A program made the position numbers and the translations under genes. Below are positions 47,656 through 56,957 of a DNA stretch of 64,000 nucleotides, piece after piece; within the stretch, counting starts at the first letter, position 1; every line of letters starts with the position of its first letter. The notes under the pieces were generated by a model. That model did no database searches. It saw only the letters and a program-made list of their open reading frames with translations, and was not told where the DNA came from. This stretch comes from Bacteroidia bacterium. Lineage in GTDB: Bacteria > Bacteroidota > Bacteroidia > M30B66. The stretch lies in contig OZ257142.1 in NCBI GenBank assembly GCA_965279035.1, positions 3,968,001 to 4,032,000 of the forward strand, given 5' to 3'.

Positions 47656-48357
47656 TCAATTTACACTGACAATTACAGTTTGACTTATTGTTGCAATAAA
47701 TCTGCTGCCAGCAGGTAAAATTGCGTCCTTGCCTTTCATCAAAAGAACTGGCCAAAAAATCAAAGCTCCAATTATAACTGCCTCATTAGTCCGATTTTCA
47801 CCTTCTTTAGATAAAATCCCAGTTAATGGAATTGTTTGTCCATCTACTCCAAGTACTTGGTTGATTTGAATATCAAGCTTTCCTTCCTGTCCTAAACCTC
47901 GTGCTTTTTCAGAATTGACAATAATACCTTGGATTTTTTGTCCTCCTAACACGACTGTTTTTTGGTCAATCACTACATCATTTACAACTTGAAATTCTAT
48001 CGTTTGTCCAAGCGAAACAAGTTTTGAATTCAATTCATTTACAAGCATTACATTGATCTGAGTACCTGCTTTTAATTCTCGATGATTAGCATCGATGATC
48101 TGCTTTGAAGGTTCCACCAAATTATTAGCTTGAGTAAAAACATCCTTAGTCCCATTCGCATATTTAATCATAAAAACTTCAGATTTATACCGCGTGTAGA
48201 GTGGACCATCTTTATCATTGTGCTTTTTGTATTGAATATCAGTTGGGTTTATCGCAATGACTTTCGCCATTATTTCTTCACCTGATTTCAAAAAAATTAT
48301 GTCCTGTGCTTTTGTTGCTTGAACAACGAAAAGAAGCATATAAAGAAGGAATTTCAT
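47656..48357 (-). CDS. Hypothetical secreted protein
   Basis: Signal peptide then QDIIFLKSGEEI.AKV...IKYANG module; C-terminal beta-rich domain with a hydrophobic hairpin; start adjusted to ATG 48357. Confidence 0.7.
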   Translation of the reverse strand: MKFLLYMLLFVVQATKAQDIIFLKSGEEIMAKVIAINPTDIQYKKHNDKDGPLYTRYKSEVFMIKYANGTKDVFTQANNLVEPSKQIIDANHRELKAGTQINVMLVNELNSKLVSLGQTIEFQVVNDVVIDQKTVVLGGQKIQGIIVNSEKARGLGQEGKLDIQINQVLGVDGQTIPLTGILSKEGENRTNEAVIIGALIFWPVLLMKGKDAILPAGSRFIATISQTVIVSVN

Positions 48358-48541
48358 TTGAGGATGTAGCATAAAGCAAAAGTATAAATAGTAAACTAGT
48401 TTGCTATTCGTGTTCAAAATAAAGAGTCTTGAGGAGCTTAAAGTCTTAAGGTTATCTCTGTCAGAAACTCAGTATTAAAATCCAATTTTGAGCGTTTTCA
48501 ACTGCTTGTACTGTAGTATTTTTATCACACAATTTTAGGTC

Positions 48542-49777
48542 ATGCTGGCAGAATTAATAACCATTGGCGACGAAATATTGATTGGACAAATAGTCGATAC
48601 GAATTCAGCTTGGATGGCACAGGAGCTCAATTTAATTGGCGTGAAGGTGAAACAAATCACTTCTGTTTCGGACGATCGAGAACATATTTTAGCTGCTCTG
48701 AAAGAAGCATCTCAACGAGCAAATGTGGTTTTGATCACCGGTGGATTAGGTCCGACCAAAGATGATATTACCAAAGCCACGATGTGCGAGTATTTTGGTG
48801 GTGGATTGGTTTTTAGTCAGGAACAATACGATCAGGTGGAGCGGATTTTTCGCAGTTTCGGACGAGAAGTAACGCCAACAAACCGCAAGCAGGCTGAGAT
48901 TCCAGAGCGTTGCGAATTAGTGGTGAACTATAATGGAACGGCGCCGGGCATGTGGTTCGAAAAAGATGGCGTGTGTTATATGTCGATGCCGGGTGTGCCT
49001 TATGAGATGAAGGCGATGATGGAGCATCAAGTTTTACCTCGAATCAAAGCGCGTTTTCAAACTCCGGTGATTTTACATCGTACTATTTTAACTCAAGGAA
49101 TTGGGGAAAGTATGTTGTCGGATATGATTGAGAATTGGGAAGAAAATCTCCCTGCTCATTTGAAATTGGCGTATTTACCGAGTGCCGGAATGGTTCGACT
49201 TCGCATCAGTGCTAGCGGAGCAGATGAGGAAAAATTAGGGAATGAAATCAATGAGCAAGCTGAGAAGTTGTATGCCATTGCTGGAAAATATATTTATGGT
49301 GAAGGAGAAGAAACGCTCGAAGGCAATCTAATTAATCGATTGCGTGAATTGGGAAAAAGACTTTCTGTGGCCGAAAGTTGCACCGGAGGAAATATTGCGC
49401 ATTTGATTACGAGCATTCCCGGAGCATCGGATGTTTTCGAAGGTGGCGCTATAACGTATAGCAAAGAATTAAAAGTGAGTGTTCTGGGTGTAAATCCTGA
49501 AACCATTAAACAGGCTGGTGTTGTAAGTGAAGCAACTGCCATCGAAATGGTTGATGGTGCTCAAAAGAAGTTCAAGACAGATTATGCCATAGCAGTAACA
49601 GGAGTTGCTGGACCAGATGATGATGAGGAAGGAAATCCGGTAGGATGCGTATGGATTGCGATTGCAGGACCTGATTTTAGAGAAGCTAAAAAATTTCAAT
49701 TTAGCCGAAATCGAGGGCGCAACATCACCATGGCATCTTTATCAGCCTTGAATTATTTAAGAATTAAGCTTGGATAA
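48542..49777 (+). CDS. cinA: Competence/damage-inducible protein CinA (MoCF-like domain plus NMN deamidase)
   Basis: IGDEILIGQIVDTN, GGLGPTKDD, MPGVPYEM, SVAESCTGG, TGVAGP. Confidence 0.95.
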   Translation: MLAELITIGDEILIGQIVDTNSAWMAQELNLIGVKVKQITSVSDDREHILAALKEASQRANVVLITGGLGPTKDDITKATMCEYFGGGLVFSQEQYDQVERIFRSFGREVTPTNRKQAEIPERCELVVNYNGTAPGMWFEKDGVCYMSMPGVPYEMKAMMEHQVLPRIKARFQTPVILHRTILTQGIGESMLSDMIENWEENLPAHLKLAYLPSAGMVRLRISASGADEEKLGNEINEQAEKLYAIAGKYIYGEGEETLEGNLINRLRELGKRLSVAESCTGGNIAHLITSIPGASDVFEGGAITYSKELKVSVLGVNPETIKQAGVVSEATAIEMVDGAQKKFKTDYAIAVTGVAGPDDDEEGNPVGCVWIAIAGPDFREAKKFQFSRNRGRNITMASLSALNYLRIKLG

Positions 49778-50251
49778 TTATTGAATCTTCGTGGCAATAC
49801 CTCGACGACCAATACTGACATTGTCGTTGAAAATGATGTATTCGCATTTAATTCCACTTAAACTAGATACCGTGAAATTTCCACTGATTGTTAAAGAATC
49901 ACCAAAAGATTGCTCAGGAATGGAGAGGGTATTCGGTTTAGAATTCGCCTCAAGCGTGTCGGAATAGGTTCCATCGGCATTGCGCCAAAAGAATTTCACC
50001 TTGGCATGATTCACTGTTTGAACACGAATATCGATGGTACGAACTTCATCGGCAGTATAAACTCCAAATGCTAAAATAGAATCGTGTGCTTCCCAACGGC
50101 CGGCAAAAGGATCGGAATCGTAGCGACAAGAGCCATCGTCGTTGGTGTATTTATCTTTGTAATTGTTCGCATTGGGATCGGTGCAGCCGTCGCGGTCGCA
50201 GGAAGTAAAGGCAATACAAAGAGTGAAAAGTAGAAAGCCGAAAAATTTCAT
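49778..50251 (-). CDS. Lipoprotein with GCTD...DDGSC motif
   Basis: Lipobox FTSC; DGCTDPNANNY...DDGSCRY; FAGRW. Confidence 0.75.
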   Translation of the reverse strand: MKFFGFLLFTLCIAFTSCDRDGCTDPNANNYKDKYTNDDGSCRYDSDPFAGRWEAHDSILAFGVYTADEVRTIDIRVQTVNHAKVKFFWRNADGTYSDTLEANSKPNTLSIPEQSFGDSLTISGNFTVSSLSGIKCEYIIFNDNVSIGRRGIATKIQ

Positions 50252-50319
50252 GAGCAAAAATCAGATCGGCAAATTAAGCGCAAAGATCGATTCGATGGTA
50301 TGAATAGAAGGAAAATAGC

Positions 50320-50826
50320 TCATTGAGGATGACCATCTGAAATACATGAATCAAATTGATCATTTCCAATATCAAAATGGTGAACAAATATGATTGAGTC
50401 AGGAAAAATATTAATGTGCCCCCAAAATCTGATAGAATCTATAATTGAAGGCGAAGTGGAATTAGGTATAAATACAAATTGGGGATGAATGGTAATCGTT
50501 ATTGAATCATTAGAAATAATACTATCGATAACTCCAACCAATTGGTTTTCTGTGTTTGCAAAATTTGAAATTATAACCTGATTAGAATTTGTAGAATCCT
50601 GAGCTATATTCAATTGGTATGAAGAATCTGAAACTCCAGTCAAGATACATTGCCAAGAATCAATCATATATGTATTGTATATGTAATTATAGGAAATTGA
50701 ATCATTTGTCGCTGTTGAATCTGTAAGTGGAAGTCCCGGATCAGGATCACAGCCACTAAAAGGAAGTAAGATTCCGATAGTTAAAAGTGATACAAAGAAA
50801 ATTGATTGAGCAATAATTCGTTTCAT
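50320..50826 (-). CDS. Hypothetical lipoprotein
   Basis: Lipobox FSGC; many DS/NDS dipeptides; AT-rich. Confidence 0.65.
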   Translation of the reverse strand: MKRIIAQSIFFVSLLTIGILLPFSGCDPDPGLPLTDSTATNDSISYNYIYNTYMIDSWQCILTGVSDSSYQLNIAQDSTNSNQVIISNFANTENQLVGVIDSIISNDSITITIHPQFVFIPNSTSPSIIDSIRFWGHINIFPDSIIFVHHFDIGNDQFDSCISDGHPQ

Positions 50827-51002
50827 GGAAATACAATATGATTAAAAGTACTAATATTCTTTAAGGAATTCGAGTTTACTCAATTACTAGAAAAAAGTAT
50901 AACTCATTACATAAGAACATAATTTCCTTTCTAATGCAATTTTCATTTTCCCATTCACAGAATTACTATTTTTGCCCTCGAATATTCAAAAACCTATAAA
51001 CC

Positions 51003-51431
51003 ATGAAAAAAATGCTTTTCATTTTTTCTGCAGTTGCTCTTGCAACCATGACTGCTTGCGGTCCAAGCGCAGAAGAACTGGCTAAAAAAGAACAAGCTTC
51101 AAAGGATTCTATCGCTGCAGTTGAAAAAGCACGTCAGGATTCAATCGATTCAGCTATGAAAGAACAAGCACGTCTTGATTCAATCGCTAATGCTGATGCA
51201 ATGGCTGCTGCTGAAGCTGCTGCTGCAACACCAACAAAAGGTGGTCATTCTTCTAAAGGTACAACAACGAAGAAAGATGAACCTAAAAAAGAAGATCCTA
51301 AAAACATGAAGGATGCAACTAAAAATGGATCTAGCAACCCTCAGAACATGAAAGATGCCGTTAAAAAAGAAGAAAAAAGCGGTACAACTGGTGGAGCGAA
51401 GTCTATGAAAGACGCAATGAAAGGGAAATAA
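51003..51431 (+). CDS. Low-complexity Ala/Lys-rich lipoprotein
   Basis: Lipobox MTAC; three DSI repeats; three (N/S)MKDA repeats; TATTTTTG box 50967-50974; terminator follows. Confidence 0.8.
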   Translation: MKKMLFIFSAVALATMTACGPSAEELAKKEQASKDSIAAVEKARQDSIDSAMKEQARLDSIANADAMAAAEAAAATPTKGGHSSKGTTTKKDEPKKEDPKNMKDATKNGSSNPQNMKDAVKKEEKSGTTGGAKSMKDAMKGK

Positions 51432-51454
51432 TCCCATTCAACTTAATCTATATG

Positions 51455-51486
51455 AAACCTTCTCATTTCTGAGGAGGTTTTTTTTT
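51455..51486 (+). terminator. Intrinsic terminator
   Basis: AAACCTTCTCA-TTTC-TGAGGAGGTTT followed by T-run. Confidence 0.8.
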
Positions 51487-51639
51487 ACCCTATAAAACCC
51501 CAAAACAAGATTATACTAGAATTGTCAATTGATTGGATTACTCCTATTTATTCAGCCTAATTAATTATCCTAGTTCAAAATTCTATCAACAATCAATATG
51601 AGCTTGATATTTCAATTCTGAAATGAATCAGTATTCTCC

Positions 51640-51673
51640 AAAAAAAAAGGCTGCCCAAATGGACAGCCTTTTT
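51640..51673 (-). terminator. Intrinsic terminator of the 51690-52190 gene
   Basis: A-run, AAGGCTGCCC-AAAT-GGACAGCCTT, T-run. Confidence 0.75.
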
Positions 51674-51689
51674 ATAATTTAAGAAAAGC

Positions 51690-52190
51690 TTATTGCTTGT
51701 TCCAAGTTTCGCTGCAAGTCAACGTGTTTGTACCGAAAGTATAGGTAACAGTTAAGTTAATTGTAGTACCTGAAAGAGTTCCTGTTGTTGAAGAAACTGA
51801 CCAAGAATCACCATCAGAATCTGTTACATTCTGAGTATTGATTTTGATTGTGCTTCCTTCAATATCAGCTGTAAGAGAAGCACTTGCTCCTAAACCTCCA
51901 ATATTTGTTACTACTACTTTTTTCTTACTTGATGATGACGTAGATACTGTTGTATTCCAAGTTGAACCAGTTACACAAGGTGAAGTCGTTGTATAAACCC
52001 CAATGAATTTCTCACTGTCATAAGTACAAGTTCCATCATCAGTATCTGCTTTCTCATCATAATTATTCGCATCTACATTTGTACAACCATCTTTTTTACA
52101 TCCACTGTAAGTCAATGTCATTGTTGTAGCTAAAAGGGCAAGTCCGAAAAAACGGATGTTTTTGGCAAGATTCATTTGAAATTTTTTCAT
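51690..52190 (-). CDS. Lipoprotein with GCT...DDGTC motif
   Basis: Lipobox YSGC-KK; DGCTNVDANNYDEKADTDDGTCTY; KFIGVY; Ser/Thr-rich beta domain. Confidence 0.8.
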   Translation of the reverse strand: MKKFQMNLAKNIRFFGLALLATTMTLTYSGCKKDGCTNVDANNYDEKADTDDGTCTYDSEKFIGVYTTTSPCVTGSTWNTTVSTSSSSKKKVVVTNIGGLGASASLTADIEGSTIKINTQNVTDSDGDSWSVSSTTGTLSGTTINLTVTYTFGTNTLTCSETWNKQ

Positions 52191-52433
52191 GTCTGCTGTT
52201 TATAGGTTTGGGGGCAAAAATACATGAAATATCAAAACACCAAAATTTATAAATACCCGAATACGCCGATTTTGACCTCTTAATACATGCTCCTAAACCT
52301 GCTTTTTTTGCAAAAACAGTCATTTTAACCAATCAGAGCAAGGGATTAACATTTTTTTTGATTTTGCTTGTTGGTTTTTTATTTTTTTTAATTTTGTCTC
52401 GCTGAATCAATCAAAATAAAAACAAACAACAAC

Positions 52434-52667
52434 ATGAAAAAAGTAACTTTCGCCATCCTTACTGTAGGTGTAGCCCTTTTCGCTTCTTGCGGTGGAAACA
52501 ATGCTGAAGCTGAAAAAGCTAAAGCTGACTCAATTGCTGCTGCTGCTAAAGCTGATTCTATCGCTAAAGCTGAAGCTGACGCTGCTGCTGCTGCACAAGC
52601 TGCAAATGACACTACAGCAAAAGACACTTCTGCTGCTGCTCCTGCTGCTGCTCCTGCTGCACACTAA
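52434..52667 (+). CDS. Small Ala-rich lipoprotein
   Basis: Lipobox FASC; KADSIA repeated; strongly biased GCT/AAA codons; terminator follows. Confidence 0.8.
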   Translation: MKKVTFAILTVGVALFASCGGNNAEAEKAKADSIAAAAKADSIAKAEADAAAAAQAANDTTAKDTSAAAPAAAPAAH

Positions 52668-52687
52668 TCAGTACTTAAGAACTGAAG

Positions 52688-52720
52688 AAAAATCCCGCCT
52701 TGTGCGGGATTTTTTGTTTT
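52688..52720 (+). terminator. Intrinsic terminator
   Basis: AAAAATCCCGC-CTTGT-GCGGGATTTTT. Confidence 0.85.
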
Positions 52721-52895
52721 ATACATATTTAATGACAGGAATCGCAACCCTTATCTTTCTTCGCTGGACGAAGTGAAACAACTAATTTCCTCCCTAACCA
52801 TATCGCCGCGAAGCCAACAATCACAAAAACCAAGACCGTTTGCATGAGTCAAAGTTAGGAATTTGCCCTAATTTCGCAGCCCAAATCACGAATTC

Positions 52896-54881
52896 ATGCA
52901 ATTAAGCTTCAAGCGCAACGGCAAAAGCGACGAACTTCTACTTCATATATATAGAGAGCTGGTTTATCCTCGAATGATCGAGGAAAAAATGCTCAACCTC
53001 CTCCGTCAAGGAAAAATTTCCAAATGGTTCTCTGGTATCGGACAAGAAGCCATCTCTGTAGGAACAGTAGTAGCCATGGACAAAGAAGAATACATTCTTC
53101 CCATGCACCGAAACCTCGCCATCTTCACCGGTCGGGGTATGCCTTTCCACCAACTTTTCACCCAATGGCAAGGTAAATTCAACGGATACTCCAAAGGTCG
53201 CGAACGCTCTTTCCATTTTGGATCAGCTCCTCATAAAGTAGTTGGAATGATTTCCCACCTCGGACCTCAACTTGGACTAGCCGACGGAATCGCGCTCGCA
53301 CACAAACTCCGCAAAGAGAAAAACGTCACTGCAGTCTTTACAGGCGATGGTGGAGCCAGTCAAGGCGATTTTCATGAATCAGTGAACGTTGCTGCCGTGT
53401 GGGATTTACCAGTAATCTTTATCATCGAAAATAACGGATACGGACTTTCCACGCCTAGCAACGAACAGTTCCGCTTTAACTCTTTTACCGAAAAAGGTCC
53501 AGGTTATGGCATTCCTGCTCGACAAGTAGATGGCAACAATGTGCTCGATGTGTATGATGCCGTTCAGGAAATCCGCACCGACATTCAGAAAAATCCTCGT
53601 CCTTGGTTACTCGAATGTATGACCTTTCGCATGCGTGGACACGAAGAAGCCTCCGGAACCAAGTATGTTCCTCAGGAATTATTCGAACTCTGGGGCAAGA
53701 AAGATCCTGTGGTGAATTACGAAGCCTGGCTTTTACAAGAAGGAGTGCTAACAGATGAAACCCTTGCTATCATTCGTGCTGAGTTCAAAAAAACAATCGA
53801 AGAAGGAGTTGCCATCACTTTTGCTGAACCCGAAATTACTCCCGACACCGCCTACGAATTATCCGATGTGTATGCACCATTCTTGAGTCAATCTCATGCG
53901 CCTGCATCTGAGTCGAAAACCGACAAACGTTTGATTGACGCCATCTCAGACGGATTAGCGCTGGCTATGGAGAAACACCCGAATCTCGTCCTAATGGGAC
54001 AGGATATTGCCGAGTATGGTGGTGTTTTCAAAATCACCGAAGGATTTGTAGAACGTTTTGGAAAAGACCGCGTGCGCAATACACCTCTATGTGAAGCAGC
54101 CATCGTAGGAAGTAGCCTCGGTCTTTCAATTAACGGCATGAAAGCCATGATGGAAATGCAGTTTGCCGATTTCGTTACGGAAGGCTTTAATCAAATCGTG
54201 AATAATCTTGCAAAAAGCCATTACCGCTGGGGACAACATGCCGATGTAGTCGTTCGTATGCCAACCGGTGCTGGTGTTGCGGCTGGACCCTTTCATAGTC
54301 AAAGCAATGAAGCTTGGTTTACCCATACGCCCGGCTTGAAAGTCGTTTATCCGGCATTTCCAAATGATGCCAAAGGCTTGTTGCTGGCTTCGTTTGAAGA
54401 TCCGAATCCTGTCATGTTCTTTGAGCACAAGGCACTATATCGTAGTATTTCAGAACCGGTGTACGACGACTATTTCACCATCGAAATTGGAAAAGCCAAT
54501 CTGCTCCGTGAAGGAAAAGATGTTTCTATCATCACCTATGGTTTTGGAGTTCATTGGGCTTTGGATGTGTTAAATAAGCACCCAGAAATAAACGCCGACT
54601 TACTCGATTTGCGCACCTTGTTACCTTTCGATGAAGAAGCAATTTTAGCTTCAGTAAAGAAAACGGGACGTGTCATTATCCTCCATGAAGACTGTCTCAC
54701 CGGAGGAATTGGTGGAGAAATCGCCGCACGTATCAGTGAAAAATGTTTTGAGTATCTTGATGCGCCTGTTGTTCGTTCGGCAAGTCTCGATACTCCTGTT
54801 CCATTTTCTTCGGTACTCGAACAGAATTTCTTGCCTAAAGGACGATTCGAACAACAATTACTTGATCTCATCTCCTATTAA
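52896..54881 (+). CDS. 2-oxo-acid dehydrogenase E1, fused alpha/beta subunits (branched-chain type likely)
   Basis: GIGQEA, GDGGASQGDFHE...ENNGY (TPP-binding), RMRGHEE, GQDI...GGVF, NTPLCE, EMQFADF, GPFHSQ, FEHKALY. Confidence 0.93.
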   Translation: MQLSFKRNGKSDELLLHIYRELVYPRMIEEKMLNLLRQGKISKWFSGIGQEAISVGTVVAMDKEEYILPMHRNLAIFTGRGMPFHQLFTQWQGKFNGYSKGRERSFHFGSAPHKVVGMISHLGPQLGLADGIALAHKLRKEKNVTAVFTGDGGASQGDFHESVNVAAVWDLPVIFIIENNGYGLSTPSNEQFRFNSFTEKGPGYGIPARQVDGNNVLDVYDAVQEIRTDIQKNPRPWLLECMTFRMRGHEEASGTKYVPQELFELWGKKDPVVNYEAWLLQEGVLTDETLAIIRAEFKKTIEEGVAITFAEPEITPDTAYELSDVYAPFLSQSHAPASESKTDKRLIDAISDGLALAMEKHPNLVLMGQDIAEYGGVFKITEGFVERFGKDRVRNTPLCEAAIVGSSLGLSINGMKAMMEMQFADFVTEGFNQIVNNLAKSHYRWGQHADVVVRMPTGAGVAAGPFHSQSNEAWFTHTPGLKVVYPAFPNDAKGLLLASFEDPNPVMFFEHKALYRSISEPVYDDYFTIEIGKANLLREGKDVSIITYGFGVHWALDVLNKHPEINADLLDLRTLLPFDEEAILASVKKTGRVIILHEDCLTGGIGGEIAARISEKCFEYLDAPVVRSASLDTPVPFSSVLEQNFLPKGRFEQQLLDLISY

Positions 54882-55769
54882 ATGACCTTACTCGAAGTCG
54901 ATTCACTGCTTAAGCGGTACGGAAAAAACACCGCTGTGAACGGGGTGAGTTTTCGTGTAGAAAAAGGACAGGTGTTCGGATTACTCGGACCCAACGGAAG
55001 CGGAAAAACCACGCTGCTCGGATGTTTAACTGGAATATTGCTCGCCGACCAAGGGAGTTTTAGCTGGTTTGGGAATGAAGATTTTTCATCTGCCCGTAAA
55101 CGCATTGGAGCCTTAATCGAAACGCCCAATTTCTATCCATACTTAAGCGCGTGGAAGAACCTCGAGATTGTTGCAAAAATAAAAGGCTGCGAGCTTTCAC
55201 GAATTGATGTGGTATTAAAGGAAGTGGAATTGTTTGATCGGAAGAACGATGCGTTCAAAACTTTTTCGCTTGGGATGAAACAACGTCTCGCCATTGCAGG
55301 TGCTATGTTGAGTGATCCAGAAATTCTCGTGCTCGATGAACCAACAAACGGCCTCGATCCACAGGGAATTAACGAGATACGTCAGTTAATTCTTCGCCAA
55401 AAAGCCAATGGAAAAACCATCGTACTCGCGAGCCATTTGCTCAATGAAGTAGAAAAAGTGTGTACAGATGTGGTTATCCTCAAAAAAGGAAATGTCATTA
55501 GCAGCGGTCGCGTAGAACAATTGCTTACAGATAGCAAACGCATTGAGTTGGGTACCGAAAATTTAGCCGCACTTCGAAACGCAATCCAAACGTTTGAGGG
55601 AATAAGTAATGTTCAGGAACGCAATGGTTTCTTGATTGCCGATTTAGCCGAATCGCTTGATGCTGCTACAGTGAACAAACAATTGCAAGAGAAAGGAATC
55701 CTGTTGAATCACCTGGTATTGGTGAAATCGGATTTAGAAAGTGAATTCTTAAAATTGGTGCAGAAATGA
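54882..55769 (+). CDS. ABC transporter ATP-binding protein
   Basis: GPNGSGKTT, FSLGMKQRL, LDEPTNGLDP, SHLL. Confidence 0.93.
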   Translation: MTLLEVDSLLKRYGKNTAVNGVSFRVEKGQVFGLLGPNGSGKTTLLGCLTGILLADQGSFSWFGNEDFSSARKRIGALIETPNFYPYLSAWKNLEIVAKIKGCELSRIDVVLKEVELFDRKNDAFKTFSLGMKQRLAIAGAMLSDPEILVLDEPTNGLDPQGINEIRQLILRQKANGKTIVLASHLLNEVEKVCTDVVILKKGNVISSGRVEQLLTDSKRIELGTENLAALRNAIQTFEGISNVQERNGFLIADLAESLDAATVNKQLQEKGILLNHLVLVKSDLESEFLKLVQK

Positions 55770-56530
55770 AAAGGCTACTCCAAATCGAATGGCTGAAACT
55801 AGCCAGCTACCGCACCTTTTACGTGTTCACCGGATTTTATGTCCTGTTGATTTTTTCGGTGTATTATGGATTTGATAAAATCATTCACATTGGTTTACTC
55901 GACCTCAGTGTCGTATATAAGTTTCCGAATGTGTGGTATTATATTGCCTATGTATCGAGCTGGTTTGCCCCGGTGCTTGGGCTACTCATGATCAATCTCG
56001 TTTCGAATGAATTTTCCTTTCGCACATTAAGACAACACATTATCGATGGACTTTCACGCGAAGAGATTTTAAAAAGTAAATTGCTATTAGCTGGAGTCAT
56101 TAGCATTGGTGCCGGTTTGGTGGCATTACTGAGCGGCCTTATTTTCGGTTTTATCAAAGGTGGTGGCGCCAATTCGGGTGACATTTTCAGCGAAATGGGC
56201 TATTTGCTCCGAGCCATGTGGGTGTGTTTTGGCTTGATGACTGCCGCCATATTAATCAGTCTATTGGTTCGTCGCTCGGCACTATCCATTTTAATTTTCA
56301 TCGCCCTTTACTGGATTGTAGAACCGATTATTGGTCGAGCTTGGCTCAGTGATTTCTATCCGTATTTCCCCCTCAACAGCCTCGACGAATTCATCTCCTC
56401 TCCCATCAGTTTCGAATCGGTGAGTTTTGGCAAACAAACAACACCCCAAGGCGTAAATATCGCCGCCATCATTTACCCAATCCTGTTTATTCTCGCCTCT
56501 TGGAGGTTGATTAAGACGAAGGATTTATAG
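55766..56530 (+). CDS. ABC-2 type transporter permease
   Basis: IEWLKL, NEFSFRTLRQHIIDGLSR, about six TM segments, C-terminal KDL; ATGA overlap. Confidence 0.88.
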   Translation: MKRLLQIEWLKLASYRTFYVFTGFYVLLIFSVYYGFDKIIHIGLLDLSVVYKFPNVWYYIAYVSSWFAPVLGLLMINLVSNEFSFRTLRQHIIDGLSREEILKSKLLLAGVISIGAGLVALLSGLIFGFIKGGGANSGDIFSEMGYLLRAMWVCFGLMTAAILISLLVRRSALSILIFIALYWIVEPIIGRAWLSDFYPYFPLNSLDEFISSPISFESVSFGKQTTPQGVNIAAIIYPILFILASWRLIKTKDL

Positions 56531-56654
56531 AGTCGATTTACGATCGCTTCGCTGTACGATATACGTTTTACGAGAAAAACTGCTGGATTAATTCAACTAG
56601 TTATTTGAATTTCATTTTCACCAAAATGCTTGTTCTACGTAAACTAAATCAAAT

Positions 56655-56802
56655 AGCTAATCTCTAACACCCTCGGACTGAAGTCCGAGGCTACAGTTCA
56701 CACATGCTAGATTCGTTATACGAACACTCAAGCACATTGCTAATTTCTACCATCCGCACCCTCGGACTTCAGTCCGAGGCTACTATTCACACATGCTAGA
56801 TT
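56655..56802 (-). repeat. Two direct GTAG-REP units (period 89 bp)
   Basis: CCTCGGACT(GA/TC)AGTCCGAGG-CTAC at 56671 and 56760, each followed by TTCACACATGCTAGATT. Confidence 0.9.
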
Positions 56803-56957
56803 AGAGCGGGGCTGAGGTCACCATTAGTTTGGTATACAATATCCAAGAAAATCAACAAAGTCTCTTTCACCCTCCCATTCGTTCTTTCAATAAAAAGCCT
56901 ATTTTTGCCGCGCTTTGAGTATTCAAAAATACCGGCCTTAACCCGCTGCCATGGACG

